The notes under the pieces are model-generated. The model did not search any database, had not been told where the DNA came from, and was given only the letters and a program-made list of their open reading frames with translations. Position numbers and translations under genes: made by a program. Below are positions 1 through 10,219 of a stretch of 64,000 nt of DNA, one piece after another. Position 1 is the first letter of the stretch. Every line of letters begins with the position of its first letter. This DNA comes from a virus: positions 31,259 to 95,258 of the IMG/VR virus record IMGVR_UViG_3300013104_000022; one strand, written 5' to 3'.

Positions 1-3000
1 GTTACCGGTAATACGAACGTTCTTAGAACCGGGAACCTGCGTAACCTGGAATCCAGCTTCCTTGATCTTATCGATAGCGGCCTGAGTAAGAGGTCCGGTA
101 ACGATGTCCACGGGAGTGTCGTTAGGAGTGTTCTCGATGAGACCGTTGATAGCAAGAAGTTGTTCTTGGGTTGTCGTGGCTCCGTCAAGGGTCATCACTG
201 TCGATACCGTCTCTGGCATGAGACCGTACTGCGTAAGAAGGCTACCGATCTGAGTCTCATTGAGGCCCATCTGGCTTAGCTGATCCCTCAAGCCGGTTAC
301 CCAGCCGTCACCGGCTGTCTTGGCGGCTTCCTGAGCGCCCGCGAGGTCACCGTTAGCTACAGCGTTCTGGTACGCGGCGTCCATGGCCTGATACATGCCG
401 TCACGAACGTCCGTAAGGGCTGTGTGAAGCTCTAGTCCGCCCTCGGCGGCGAGATCGAAGTTACCGGCAGAGTCAACCAGGGCGGGGTTCAATCCCTCAA
501 GAGATTGAGCAAGGTCTTGCATTTCAGAAACGAACAGAGCTTCTGCTTCACGAGCGCTGAGTGTCTTACCGAGAAGGATGTCAACGGCGTCCTTCAGGGC
601 GTTGATACGATCTTCAGCCGACGAAGCGGCGTCTGCCATGGTGGCGAGAGCGTTGTTGAAGTCCTCGTTAGAGCGCTCGGCATCCGACAAGCTGGCACGG
701 TACTCCTGTTGCATCTGCACAAGCGCCCTGTACTGCTCCTTGGCCTCCGAGAGCTTCTTGGCTTCCTTGTCGTACACGTCAAGAAGCTTCTGAGCGGCCT
801 GTGCGTTCTGGTTGTAGACACGAACGCTGTCAAGCTCCTTCTCCGTAGCACCCTTGGTGTCGTAGGCGTCAGGAATTGTAGAGTTCGACCTAATGTAGTC
901 CTTGAGCTTGCTACGGATAGCGTCTGCCGCTGAACCTCCACGGCGAAGTGCCTGAGACATAGAGTCTGCGGAAACACCGATGTCCTCTAGATACTCGCTG
1001 AAGTCGTTACCGAGGTTGCTCGGCGCGGAGAACCAGTCGAATTCCGGCTCCTCTAGGGAGTTAATAGCCTCCTTGAGGTTACTCCTCATGAGGTCTGCCG
1101 TCTCCTTGGTGGCTTCACCGAGACCGTTGAGAGATTCTGCGAGGCTGTCAACCGACGCTTCATAAGCGTCTGCCTTAGCCTTGGCATTTGCCTCAGCTTG
1201 AGCAATGCTGGCGAAGAGTCCGAAGAGAATACCAAGGGCGGTAATGGCGAGACCTACTGGACCTCCAAGGAAGCCCATGAACTTGCTTCCAAGGGTCGCT
1301 AGACCGCCTCCTGCGGCCTTAGCGCCGTTGGTGATAGTCGTGAACATCCCACCGGTTCCGGCGACGTTAGAAGCGCGCTGAAGAACCGTAAACTGTGTCG
1401 CTACTCCTGCGAGCGCTGTCTGAAGTGCGCGTACCATTCCGGCGCGGGCAAGGAGAAGACCGAGGCCCTTAGCGAGGTCGTAGATACCGAAGAACTTGAG
1501 AGCGGAAATGACGGCTAGCGTTGTGGCAAGAGTCTTGACAACACCAATTGGAAGGCTCTTGATAACATTAGCGAAGAACTCGAAGATACCAACAGTGATC
1601 TCCCAGAAGGTCTGGAAGGCCTCAGCGCCACCGTGCGCAAGGAAGTCATCGATAGATCGGATGATGGAACTGAGAGCCTTGATAAGAGACTCACCAATGC
1701 CTGACTGAGAAAGTGTGGCGAAGATGTCCGAAACGGCGGGACCGAGTTCGTTACGGATGAGCTTAACGATATTAAGCATTCCATTGATGTTACCGCTGTC
1801 CATCGCCTGGTTCTTGAACCAGCGGAAGAAGTCACCAAAGAGACCTCTCGTCTCTACGAGAAGAGGCCTGATTTCATCTAGGTACTTCTTGTACGGAGAA
1901 CCTTCCTTCTTTGCCTCTCGACTCGCCTTACGCCAAGATTCAGAAAGACTTTCGAAACCGTCAGTCGTCCACTGATTGAACTCGCGGGCCGCACTCGCAT
2001 AGTTGACAATAGTGGCGGTGATGTTCTTAGCGATCCTCCACCACTGAGCGAGGGAGTCCCCGGCGCGGTCAAGGTAGGCGGCTAGAGAACCGCTCTTGCG
2101 GCCCTCAGCGACGAGAAGAGAGAGGTTGGCGGCACCCTCACGGAAGCCACTGGATAGGCGCTCTAGGAACGGCCCAGCGGCTACAGCGACATCCTTGAGA
2201 ATGGTAGATACAAAGATCAGACCGTCACCGAGGAGCTTGATCGTACGCGCGCTACTCTTACCGATGGTGATGAAGTCGCTAGTCCATGGTCCCGAAGACA
2301 TGACGCCCGCCGCGTTGGACGCTACACGACCTAGAGACGTGGCGATAGCAGAGAGAGCGGTCTTCAATGCAGGAGCGGCGCGAGAGATACGTTCCATGTC
2401 GCCCGCTAGCTGGGAGAAGAAAGCCTCCTGCACGGCCTCTCGAACCTCGCGCCAGGCAGGACCGATCTTGACCGTTTCCTCAACAAAGTCACGGGCGGCG
2501 GGGGTGAGCTTTTCTAGTGCCTTGGCGAATGCCTCAGGATCATCACCGAAGCCCGCCTTGAGTGCCTTTCCTACGCCCCTGAAGGCCAACATGAGCGTCG
2601 AAGCCACACCCACAAGGGTAGCCAGGGCGGGGATCAGAGCAACGGCGCTACCAGCCGCGAGGCCTAGGGAGGACGCGAGGCCGAATCCTGCCGCGCCAAT
2701 AGCTCCCAGCGCCGCTACAACAGGGTTGAGCAAAGCAAGGAGCGACCCGATGATCGGGATGAGCGCGATGAACGGAGGGATAAGACGAGGACGGAAATTA
2801 CGAAGCTTGTTAAGCCAGCCGTCGAACTTGCCTAGTCGCGCATTTGCCCTATCGATATCGACAGTGAAGCGACGGAAGTATCCCGAAAGGCGTCCGTAGG
2901 CCTTACCGGTCCTGTCAACACTTACGATTCGAGACTTGTGCTCACGAGCGGTCTTGCGAATAGCTTCAGCAAGCTTCTTCTCGACGTTGGTCTGATCGTT

Positions 3001-3306
3001 CTCGGCCTTCTGAACTTTCTTGGTCGCAACGGCGGCATCCCCGAGAGCATCCGCCTTGGCCCTTACAGCCTTAGCGTTGTCTCGGGTAGCCTTAGCCGCC
3101 GCGATTGTGGCCTTGCGCTTAGCCTTGAAAGATTCAGCTTGATCCTTCGTCGCCTTGTCCGCTTTCTTGGCGGCGGCGTTGTAGGCTTGCTCTTCCTTCT
3201 TTAGCTCAGCGACAGCGGCCTTAGCACCCCTAGCCTTCTTGATAAGGTCGGCAAAGTCAGCTACGGCACGATAACGTACCTTCGCCTCATCCCTTACACC
3301 GACCAC
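1..3306 (-). CDS. Tape measure protein (3' end runs off the window)
   Basis: GTG at 3306 after GAGGGAG (VVGVRDEAKVRYRAVADFA...). Ala/Gly-rich helical sequence, over 1100 codons, directly after the tail chaperones. Missing from the ORF track because it has no stop in the window. Confidence 0.9.
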   Translation of the reverse strand, partial: MVGVRDEAKVRYRAVADFADLIKKARGAKAAVAELKKEEQAYNAAAKKADKATKDQAESFKAKRKATIAAAKATRDNAKAVRAKADALGDAAVATKKVQKAENDQTNVEKKLAEAIRKTAREHKSRIVSVDRTGKAYGRLSGYFRRFTVDIDRANARLGKFDGWLNKLRNFRPRLIPPFIALIPIIGSLLALLNPVVAALGAIGAAGFGLASSLGLAAGSAVALIPALATLVGVASTLMLAFRGVGKALKAGFGDDPEAFAKALEKLTPAARDFVEETVKIGPAWREVREAVQEAFFSQLAGDMERISRAAPALKTALSAIATSLGRVASNAAGVMSSGPWTSDFITIGKSSARTIKLLGDGLIFVSTILKDVAVAAGPFLERLSSGFREGAANLSLLVAEGRKSGSLAAYLDRAGDSLAQWWRIAKNITATIVNYASAAREFNQWTTDGFESLSESWRKASREAKKEGSPYKKYLDEIRPLLVETRGLFGDFFRWFKNQAMDSGNINGMLNIVKLIRNELGPAVSDIFATLSQSGIGESLIKALSSIIRSIDDFLAHGGAEAFQTFWEITVGIFEFFANVIKSLPIGVVKTLATTLAVISALKFFGIYDLAKGLGLLLARAGMVRALQTALAGVATQFTVLQRASNVAGTGGMFTTITNGAKAAGGGLATLGSKFMGFLGGPVGLAITALGILFGLFASIAQAEANAKAKADAYEASVDSLAESLNGLGEATKETADLMRSNLKEAINSLEEPEFDWFSAPSNLGNDFSEYLEDIGVSADSMSQALRRGGSAADAIRSKLKDYIRSNSTIPDAYDTKGATEKELDSVRVYNQNAQAAQKLLDVYDKEAKKLSEAKEQYRALVQMQQEYRASLSDAERSNEDFNNALATMADAASSAEDRINALKDAVDILLGKTLSAREAEALFVSEMQDLAQSLEGLNPALVDSAGNFDLAAEGGLELHTALTDVRDGMYQAMDAAYQNAVANGDLAGAQEAAKTAGDGWVTGLRDQLSQMGLNETQIGSLLTQYGLMPETVSTVMTLDGATTTQEQLLAINGLIENTPNDTPVDIVTGPLTQAAIDKIKEAGFQVTQVPGSKNVRITGN

Positions 3307-3309
3307 TGG

Positions 3310-3807
3310 CTACTCCCTCTGAGCACTATTTCCGAAAGCTAGCAAGAATCTCTCATAGGAACCGTTTTCGATTTCCTTCACCGGAGGTGGCGCATCCTTC
3401 ACCTTGTTCAAGATATCGGATTCAATCTCGTCTAGTGAGAGTGTCTTAGCCGCCTCAAGAGGCGCATTCTCAGATTCTTTGTCAATCCAGTAACCCATTG
3501 CGATGTAGGACACAATGTTTCTCGTCATCCAGGATTTGTCTAGACGTTCTTGGCGCTGTCTGGCAAAGTTCCTCACTTGGATGTTTGCAACAATCTGACG
3601 AAGGCGGGCAACGGGGAGGTTACCAATCTTCTTGTCGCTCCACCCGTACTCAGAAGCTACGAGATCATACGCTGTGCTGAATCCACCCACCAAACCGCTA
3701 GGGTCAATTTCAGTGAGCTTTTCAGCTATTCTTCTATTTAGTTCTTCTGCGACTTCTTCGTTGCTACTACCTTCGTCGTCGGAAAGAGTAGCATGAGTCG
3801 TTTTCCC
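3310..3807 (-). CDS. Tail assembly chaperone, -1 frameshift extension (G-T type)
   Basis: The -1 frame from the GGGAAAA site reads GKTTHATLSDDEG...DPSGLVGGF with no stop into ORF 3310..3693. Confidence 0.85.
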   Translation of the reverse strand, partial: GKTTHATLSDDEGSSNEEVAEELNRRIAEKLTEIDPSGLVGGFSTAYDLVASEYGWSDKKIGNLPVARLRQIVANIQVRNFARQRQERLDKSWMTRNIVSYIAMGYWIDKESENAPLEAAKTLSLDEIESDILNKVKDAPPPVKEIENGSYERFLLAFGNSAQRE

Positions 3808-4244
3808 AGTTCTGCCACATGTGGTGCCTCGTTCTTCACGACAATTTCCACAATGGAGATGAGGTCTTCAAGTTCTGGGTTGAAGAGTTCCTTTTGAAGA
3901 CTTCGATACAAGTCCTCATTGAGCTTCTTCTGTGCCTTGCTCGTGGGGTTCTCAATCACGTCGGCGGGGGAGACCATGGATTGAATGAACTCAATCGTTT
4001 CGTCTTCCGCCTCGGGGATAGCGAAGATGAGAGAGGCAAGAATGTTCGCCGCGAAGCCGTCTTCGTCTTCGGAGTCGAAAGAGAAACCCGCCAGCACGTC
4101 TGCGGCACCGTTGGTTAGAACCTTCAATGCACGCAAAAGCTGACGGGTTCTCAGACGCTCAACGCGAATCTTCGTACCTGTAGACAGGGTGATAACAGTT
4201 GGCTCGGACGCAAGAACGTCGTTAGCCGTTTCCTTGGTGGTCAT
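3738..4244 (-). CDS. Tail assembly chaperone (G)
   Basis: 168 aa, acidic, between major tail and tape measure genes, with a slippery site near its 3' end. Confidence 0.85.
   Translation of the reverse strand: MTTKETANDVLASEPTVITLSTGTKIRVERLRTRQLLRALKVLTNGAADVLAGFSFDSEDEDGFAANILASLIFAIPEAEDETIEFIQSMVSPADVIENPTSKAQKKLNEDLYRSLQKELFNPELEDLISIVEIVVKNEAPHVAELGKRLMLLFPTTKVVATKKSQKN
3801..3807 (-). other. Programmed -1 ribosomal frameshift site G GGA AAA
   Basis: X XXY YYZ heptamer in the correct phase (CTG GGA AAA CGA); the -1 frame stays open to 3310. Confidence 0.85.
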
Positions 4245-4271
4245 GCCACTCTCCTTAGGAATTTAGAGCTA

Positions 4272-4853
4272 TTAGATTGCAGGAGCGCTTAGGAGTCGTC
4301 CTACGGCCTTTGTTGGAAGACCTGTCTTAGAGTCTAGCACGGGCTGTCCCTTTTCGTCAGTATCGGAGAAAAGAGCCGTGCCGTTGTAGTTGAGGAGTAG
4401 ACCTTCCTTGTAGGTAGGTCCGTCGAAGCTGAATGGCTGGAACTGTACCTTGTAAAGGATGAAGTCAAGGCGACGTGGGTTACCCTGGCTGTCCTTGGAA
4501 GGAACGCGAACAAGCATCGGACGAGGCTGAGGGCTAAGGCTGTTCTGCTCCCAGAGAGGAAGGGAGAACGTCTGAGCGGCACCAGCACCCGAAGATGTGA
4601 TGTTCATACCATAGATGTATGCGAGTGTGGAAAACGGAATGTAACCGGCCTGAACGGTGACGTTTACTCGGTTGGCAAAGAACCAAGTCGAGAGAATAAC
4701 GTCGTCACCAGTGTTGTCGTAGCTGTCCTGGTCAAGCTCTAGCGAACCGGAGCGCACACCGTAAATGTCACCAGCCGCCGCATCAAGGCCCGTAGCGGGG
4801 TCAAGGATAGCGGCGTGGTTGATCGAGAATCCCTCGACTGTGTTGGTAACCAC
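4272..4853 (-). CDS. Major tail (tube) protein
   Basis: 193 aa, beta-rich, strong RBS AGGAGG, own late promoter, immediately upstream of the chaperones. Confidence 0.8.
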   Translation of the reverse strand: MVTNTVEGFSINHAAILDPATGLDAAAGDIYGVRSGSLELDQDSYDNTGDDVILSTWFFANRVNVTVQAGYIPFSTLAYIYGMNITSSGAGAAQTFSLPLWEQNSLSPQPRPMLVRVPSKDSQGNPRRLDFILYKVQFQPFSFDGPTYKEGLLLNYNGTALFSDTDEKGQPVLDSKTGLPTKAVGRLLSAPAI

Positions 4854-4893
4854 GATAGTCCTCCTAAAGAATGTGGTGAAGTACCTCTACACC

Positions 4894-4903
4894 TACTATC
4901 GTC
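4894..4903 (-). promoter_or_regulatory. Putative late promoter motif GACGATAGTA
   Basis: The same 10-mer recurs at 8732, 13252, 19257, 21585 and 22137, with variants at 17324 and 32503, always upstream of structural gene starts. Confidence 0.7.
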
Positions 4904-4912
4904 CCACTTGTT

Positions 4913-5134
4913 CTAATGCGTTACCGACTCCACGAGCTGTCCATCGAGACTATAACGGTGGAGAACAATGTCCACAATGATGCCCTCTAGCCTCAGTGCT
5001 TTACGACAATCACTACAGGCAAATTCAAGAAGATTGTCATTAGTGATGTGAGGCTTGTCTCCGGAAAGGAGGAGTTTAGAGAGAAGCCTCTTTGGCCCTA
5101 CAGGGCATCTAATTTCTACAATTTCACTTGTCAC
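4913..5134 (-). CDS. Small Zn-ribbon protein
   Basis: IRCP...FACSDC motifs, 73 aa, start overlaps the end of the GT gene. Confidence 0.6.
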   Translation of the reverse strand: MTSEIVEIRCPVGPKRLLSKLLLSGDKPHITNDNLLEFACSDCRKALRLEGIIVDIVLHRYSLDGQLVESVTH

Positions 5135-6239
5135 GTCTTCCCGACCTGTCTAGCATCATGTACTTGGCGTACAGTTCTTGCCCGTTTGGCGCGGCGTCCT
5201 TCAGTTGAAGGAAGAGGCGGTCCAGCACGGCATCCCAAGATCGAATCTGAGGAATGATCTGCGATGCGTGGAAGCCCTTTTCGCGAGCTTCATTGCGGTT
5301 ACGGAAAACATGAAGCATCTTAGCCTTCAGGTCTTCCAGTTCCACCCACGCCATTTCAGCGCCGGGTGCGGGAGGTACAGCTTCCCCCATCTCATACTTA
5401 AGAGGGTAAGCGTAGCTCGGGTCTAGCCATTCGGCCATGCCTCCCCAGTTCGTAGCGATGACAGGACCGCCTGTGCTCTGGAATTCCAAACATGGCATAT
5501 TCTTGCCCTCGCCTAGGGAGGGGGCGAGAAGGACGTGAGTGTTTCGGTAGAAGTCCTTGACGGTCTCCTTGTCCCACACGTCGTAGAAGATTCTGAGGCC
5601 GGGGTAGACATCTTCCATCTTGGAGTGAAGTCCGGGGGCTGTCGTCTTCAGCATGAGCCTCGCGTGCTGTGCGAAGTCCTCGTGCTCCTGACGAAGCTGA
5701 CTGAACGCCTGGATAGCCGCGAAGGGGTTCTTGCGAGGACTGAGGACACCAATCATCGAGAAGTAGAAATCCTCGGAGTGCCAGTCACGGTCGTAGTACA
5801 CCCACTCTTCGGGGTCGTACCCTCCCTGTACCTTGATCACCGGCCCGTCGAAGTAGTCCTTAAGATTCTCGGCGGTGGGATTGTCGTAGCCTACGAGAAC
5901 ATCGAAGTTCTCGAAGTTCTCCCGAAGGGTGTCCTTTGCCGCGAGATTGTCAAAGGTAGAGGATTCCCACATCGTCCAACCGACAACGGTGGAGGATACT
6001 TCTTTGGTGCCGGGGGCTACCTTGAGAAGTCCGGGGTCTACGTGAGACAGAACAAGGTCGAAAGGCGCTTCGGCGGTCTTCGTGAGAAGTCCCGCAATCT
6101 CCGGAGAGATGGGAGGCTGGATAGCGCTCGGTCCTAGGTGAACATCCGCGCCTAGGCGCATGAATGCCTCGGTGATTCCGATTCCGTCATTTCCATAGCC
6201 GCTGAAGGTGCTCAGCGGAAGGTTGAGATAAACCTTCAC
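5124..6239 (-). CDS. Glycosyltransferase, GT-B fold (GT4-like)
   Basis: N-terminal SGYG, RKN motif, PSLGEGKNMPCLE (E-x7-E), GPVIATNWGG. Confidence 0.9.
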   Translation of the reverse strand: MKVYLNLPLSTFSGYGNDGIGITEAFMRLGADVHLGPSAIQPPISPEIAGLLTKTAEAPFDLVLSHVDPGLLKVAPGTKEVSSTVVGWTMWESSTFDNLAAKDTLRENFENFDVLVGYDNPTAENLKDYFDGPVIKVQGGYDPEEWVYYDRDWHSEDFYFSMIGVLSPRKNPFAAIQAFSQLRQEHEDFAQHARLMLKTTAPGLHSKMEDVYPGLRIFYDVWDKETVKDFYRNTHVLLAPSLGEGKNMPCLEFQSTGGPVIATNWGGMAEWLDPSYAYPLKYEMGEAVPPAPGAEMAWVELEDLKAKMLHVFRNRNEAREKGFHASQIIPQIRSWDAVLDRLFLQLKDAAPNGQELYAKYMMLDRSGRRDK

Positions 6240-6304
6240 AGTAGTCTCGCTTTCACGGGGTCAAGCCCTCAATAGTGATTAAGCACATCTTATCACATTA
6301 TGTG

Positions 6305-6817
6305 TTAACTGATAAGGTTGACACCGTATCGGTAGCTACCCATAAGAGCGCCTTCGACATTAGCCACCTTGTTCGTGCGGGGACCGTCGATGAAGTGTGA
6401 TCCGTTGACCCAGATACCGGTGTTGGTATCAATCTGATCCTGAGTGCCCCACTGAAGCATCCCGCCGCCTGGTCGAGACATGTTCACGGTGTGGAAATGC
6501 TTCATAATGAGCTTTCCTACCGCATTGATCTTAGCCTCTGCGTCCTTGATCTTCACGGACTTATCCGGGTTACGGGTGGGGTCCGCCCACACGTCGATCA
6601 CGACGGTGGGGAATTCCTGGGTGTTGTGCATATTCATCTGCGTCCACATGTCGTCGTACGTAGATACGACGATAAGACACTTCTGAGAGTTCTCGAACTT
6701 GACTTCTGGCTCGTCTAGGAAAATCCAGGTGGGCCAAGTAGCGCTCGACCCTAGGAGTGCGGTGAGTTCAGGGTCGCGCGCTAGCTCATTACGCATAGCC
6801 TTGGTTAGGGGAGTCAT
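6305..6817 (-). CDS. Tail terminator protein
   Basis: L-x-x-DPELTALLG N-terminus, V-x-IDVWA strand, position in the neck module. Confidence 0.65.
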   Translation of the reverse strand: MTPLTKAMRNELARDPELTALLGSSATWPTWIFLDEPEVKFENSQKCLIVVSTYDDMWTQMNMHNTQEFPTVVIDVWADPTRNPDKSVKIKDAEAKINAVGKLIMKHFHTVNMSRPGGGMLQWGTQDQIDTNTGIWVNGSHFIDGPRTNKVANVEGALMGSYRYGVNLIS

Positions 6818-7176
6818 GGTCTAAGTCCGTCCAGAATGGCCTCTACATAGTCTTCATGCAGAAGAGGGAGAGGGTAGAAGAAGGCGTGACCGCCGCCTCG
6901 ACGGTACTCGTACCAGGCGTAGTCGATGGGACCGACAGAACCTACACCGCCACCGACGACGATCTCTCCGTGCCAATTTCCGCCACCTCGTACAGAAGTA
7001 GAAGAATTTACGGAACCCTTAAGGCTACCAGACTCAACGTCGATAGCGGCAGTGACGAGAGTTTCACCCTTTTTGAGTACGGCAGTGAGGTTGAGGTGGG
7101 CTTCGAGAATCGCAAGTGTTTCCACACGGTTCAACTCAGCGTCGATCTCACTCCAATCGCTGTAGAGGCGTGCCAT
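6814..7176 (-). CDS. Neck/tail completion protein (HK97 gp10-like)
   Basis: VESGSLKGS and YAWYE...GG.H.F motifs; synteny. Confidence 0.65.
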   Translation of the reverse strand: MARLYSDWSEIDAELNRVETLAILEAHLNLTAVLKKGETLVTAAIDVESGSLKGSVNSSTSVRGGGNWHGEIVVGGGVGSVGPIDYAWYEYRRGGGHAFFYPLPLLHEDYVEAILDGLRP

Positions 7177-7586
7177 TAGCTCTCACCCGGCCAATCCTCG
7201 TCCAGGTCTTGAGGAATCTCGAAGACGAGAACTTCGATGTGGTGGGCGTCAGAGAAATCAATGGCTCGGTCGGGGATGGATCGAATTTCGAAACTTCCCT
7301 CTACGGGGAGCTTTCCCCCGGCGTTGGGAATGCACACGAGACGATCCCCTGCTCGGATCGGCACGTCGGCGCGACAGAACAACAGTCCGTATCGGTCCTG
7401 TGCGCCCCCGGCGTTGATAGGAGCGGGAGCATCCTTACCGGGACGGATGAAGTTGAGGTCGATTCGGCATCTGACATAGCCTAGTCCATCTGTTGTGACA
7501 TCTTGCCAATCCGTCGTGGCAACACCGTCTACCTGCGTGGTCACACGACGACGCACCTTCACGGCGGAATTGAAAAGATGTTCCAT
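7176..7586 (-). CDS. Head-to-tail stopper
   Basis: Likely start MEHLF at 7586; IRAGDRL and HHIEV motifs typical of head-closure proteins. Confidence 0.7.
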   Translation of the reverse strand: MEHLFNSAVKVRRRVTTQVDGVATTDWQDVTTDGLGYVRCRIDLNFIRPGKDAPAPINAGGAQDRYGLLFCRADVPIRAGDRLVCIPNAGGKLPVEGSFEIRSIPDRAIDFSDAHHIEVLVFEIPQDLDEDWPGES

Positions 7587-7588
7587 GA

Positions 7589-8131
7589 TTAGTCCTGGAT
7601 TACATAAATTACAGTGGAGATAGGAGAAGAGATCGCAGTGTACTGAGCCTGTGTACCCTTCCAGATTCCTGTCACACCGTTGAGTCCCTGTACGGGGGTT
7701 ACCCATCCAGTCGCGTAGTTGGTACCGGCTGTCTTAGCGAGAACCTGACCTGTAGTACCTCCGGTAGGCAAGCCTCGGCTACTGAGAGAGTCAAGAGATG
7801 TCTGAAGGTTGGTAATAGTTCCGATTGCTTGCTCACCTGTATGGGTGGCGCGGTCTCGAAGCTCAGAGTTCGTGGCGTTGGCCGTGGCATTGGTTGCGAT
7901 ACCTGACAGCTTAGAACGCTCTGCGGAAGTCATAATGACCTTCGTAGAGCCGTCCGGGATGTCGTTAGCGGTACCCGTAAAGGTACCGGGAGCGGGCAGA
8001 GTAGTCCACTGAGTTGCGTAGTTCGAATTGGAAGACTTTGTAAGAACTTGTCCCGTAGTACCTCCGGTGGGTACACCTACACCGGGGGTGCCCTCGCTAC
8101 CCCCGAGTGTACCTACTAGTTGAAGTGCCAT
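7589..8131 (-). CDS. Fibre-like virion protein
   Basis: Two PTGGTTGQVL(T/A)K...NYAT.W repeats, an RATHTG motif and a C-terminal GTQAQY...YVI motif. Confidence 0.75.
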   Translation of the reverse strand: MALQLVGTLGGSEGTPGVGVPTGGTTGQVLTKSSNSNYATQWTTLPAPGTFTGTANDIPDGSTKVIMTSAERSKLSGIATNATANATNSELRDRATHTGEQAIGTITNLQTSLDSLSSRGLPTGGTTGQVLAKTAGTNYATGWVTPVQGLNGVTGIWKGTQAQYTAISSPISTVIYVIQD

Positions 8132-8706
8132 TACTTATCCTTCCAAAGTTGCATTGGAGACGTGTTTGTGAGAAGAAGATAGTCGATGCCAGGTCGGTAG
8201 CCGCTAGGCCACGGCTGGGAAAGGGTGGTGACCTCGTAGAAGATCACTTGAGACCATCCTGGACCGCCGTCAACGGAAGCCGTGGTAAGGGTTACCGTCT
8301 CCCCTGAGCTTCCTGCAATGCCGTGAATGACGAATTCCTTAAAGTCTTCGCCTTCCTTGGGGTAGAAGTGGGCTGACCAACTCCACCCCTGATCGAGCAA
8401 GCCGGGGGAGGAGGGGGAGATCAACCAGAGGTCGCCCGAGGGATCAAACCAGTCGGCGTCGTGGCCGTCTGCGGGGGGTCGAATGTTTCCATTCTGATCT
8501 ACTTCAGCCCGTACCTCAGAAACAAGAATCACGTCTCCACTAGGAAGAAGAGTCGTGGGCTTGTTCAGAGTAGGAGTGAACTTCACATAAGCATTCAGAG
8601 CGACCGATTCTGGGGTCGTGTCAACATCGCCTACGGTATCCGCGATACCTCGAAGAATGTGACCTCCGATCTTAAAGGAGGTTACCTCTGCTGGTAGATT
8701 CGCCAT
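8131..8706 (-). CDS. Virion adaptor-like protein (paralog family A)
   Basis: Whole protein resembles the C-terminal domains of 10219..11628 and 12018..13220. Confidence 0.65.
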   Translation of the reverse strand: MANLPAEVTSFKIGGHILRGIADTVGDVDTTPESVALNAYVKFTPTLNKPTTLLPSGDVILVSEVRAEVDQNGNIRPPADGHDADWFDPSGDLWLISPSSPGLLDQGWSWSAHFYPKEGEDFKEFVIHGIAGSSGETVTLTTASVDGGPGWSQVIFYEVTTLSQPWPSGYRPGIDYLLLTNTSPMQLWKDK

Positions 8707-8743
8707 GTTGTCTCCAAAGTCTTGTCACTTCTACTATCGTCGC

Positions 8744-10219
8744 TTACGAAGGGTCTACCCATACGTCATTGCGGCGAAGTTTAGAGATGGGTTCCACCCA
8801 CTCGCCGTCGTCGTTCTTCACGCGAACAATCGGCTCAATGAAGGCATTATTGATTCGAAGTCTTCCACCTCGTGTAACTGCGGGAGGGGGAGGAGGCGGC
8901 TCGGTATCCGAAGTGGTAAAGCTGGTGACAGCGCTCCAAGCTCCGGGTCCGATGCCGTTATAGGCACGAACTCGGAAGAAGTACGGAGTAAGAGCAACAA
9001 GACTACTAACTGTTCTCGAACGGTTGTTGGCCGTTGAAGAGTTACCCGGCGAGAAAGTAGAGCTTGTGGACCACTGAAGCTCGTAGTTGATAATGGTGTC
9101 CCCACCGGGGTCGGTAGGAGCGTTCCACGAGGCTGTAAGGCTTGTAGAGCTTACAGGAACTACACCAACGGCAGAGGGAGCGGAAGGAACTGTTGGGTAT
9201 GAAGTGACCGAACTCCATCCTCCGGGTCCGATAGAGTTAATAGCTCGAACTCTAAAGTAGTACTTGGTGGCGAGAGAGAACCCGGTAATGGTCTTCGAAA
9301 TAGTCGCGCTCGTATCGCTTCCCGTAATGGTGGCGAAAGTCGAAGACGTGCTCCACTGAAGTTCATAGTTCGTGATTGCCGCACCGTTGTCTGCCGGTGC
9401 CTTCCACGAGATAGTCATGCTCGTGGAGGCGGGCGTCTTTGTCACGACGGGGGCAGTAGGGATGGAAGGCACAGCGGACGACTGTGCTGACGCAACGTTA
9501 GACCACGCTGAGCCGTATCCAACCTGTGCGTTAAGGCTGTTACCTGCCGACACTCGGAAGTAGTAGGTAGCTCCCGCCGCCAGACCTGTAAAGGTGTAGG
9601 AAGTGGTCGAACCGGACACATTTGTCTGCGTACCATTTTGGCTGAAAGAAGAGTTGGTAGCCCTACCGATGTAGTACGTTGCAACGGCCTCGCCACCGTT
9701 GTCAACGGGGGCTGTCCAGGACACAGTAATAGTACCGTTGGCGTTTCTCGTAGCCGTCAGGTTTCGAGGGGCTGTGGGGGAAGCTACAACAAGCATCTGC
9801 CCCGAAAGGGAGCCAGACCACCCCGAGGAGCCACTGACAACACCGGTAGCTCCGGTACCGTTAGCGCTACGGCCAAAGTACAAACCTCCGGAAGAACCGG
9901 GATTGATATAGAAAGTGTTTCCTCCGGGAGAGTGAATCTGTCCGTAAGGAATCCAACCGGTATCCTGAGCAAGGCTAGAAGAAGCCGCTGTGAAGGCGCT
10001 AGTCCACTTACCCGCTAGTCCCAACTGTACTGATCTGGAAGCTCCACGTCCCGCAACCCACGCTCGAAGGTGGGTCACTCGAACCACGTTCGTTCCATTA
10101 AGAATGGTGTTTCCCTTAGGTACAGCGGCGTTAGTGCTGTACAAGTTCTTGTCGTCAGCGTACCACGACGTGCGCTCTGCCGGGGTAGCCCCTCCGGGGA
10201 GGTTCCATGCAATAGCCAT
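8744..10219 (-). CDS. Virion protein with three fibronectin type III domains
   Basis: Three repeats of P-x-AP...SW.AP.D.G...Y...L.....Y.FRV.A.N..G...WS; likely start MAIAW overlapping the upstream stop. Confidence 0.85.
   Translation of the reverse strand: MAIAWNLPGGATPAERTSWYADDKNLYSTNAAVPKGNTILNGTNVVRVTHLRAWVAGRGASRSVQLGLAGKWTSAFTAASSSLAQDTGWIPYGQIHSPGGNTFYINPGSSGGLYFGRSANGTGATGVVSGSSGWSGSLSGQMLVVASPTAPRNLTATRNANGTITVSWTAPVDNGGEAVATYYIGRATNSSFSQNGTQTNVSGSTTSYTFTGLAAGATYYFRVSAGNSLNAQVGYGSAWSNVASAQSSAVPSIPTAPVVTKTPASTSMTISWKAPADNGAAITNYELQWSTSSTFATITGSDTSATISKTITGFSLATKYYFRVRAINSIGPGGWSSVTSYPTVPSAPSAVGVVPVSSTSLTASWNAPTDPGGDTIINYELQWSTSSTFSPGNSSTANNRSRTVSSLVALTPYFFRVRAYNGIGPGAWSAVTSFTTSDTEPPPPPPAVTRGGRLRINNAFIEPIVRVKNDDGEWVEPISKLRRNDVWVDPS

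Noticed and set aside
4852-4902. Inverted copy of the late motif (ACGATAGT) at the major tail start
   Set aside because: Single instance overlapping the start codon; its partner is promoter DNA that is probably not transcribed, so chance is likely.
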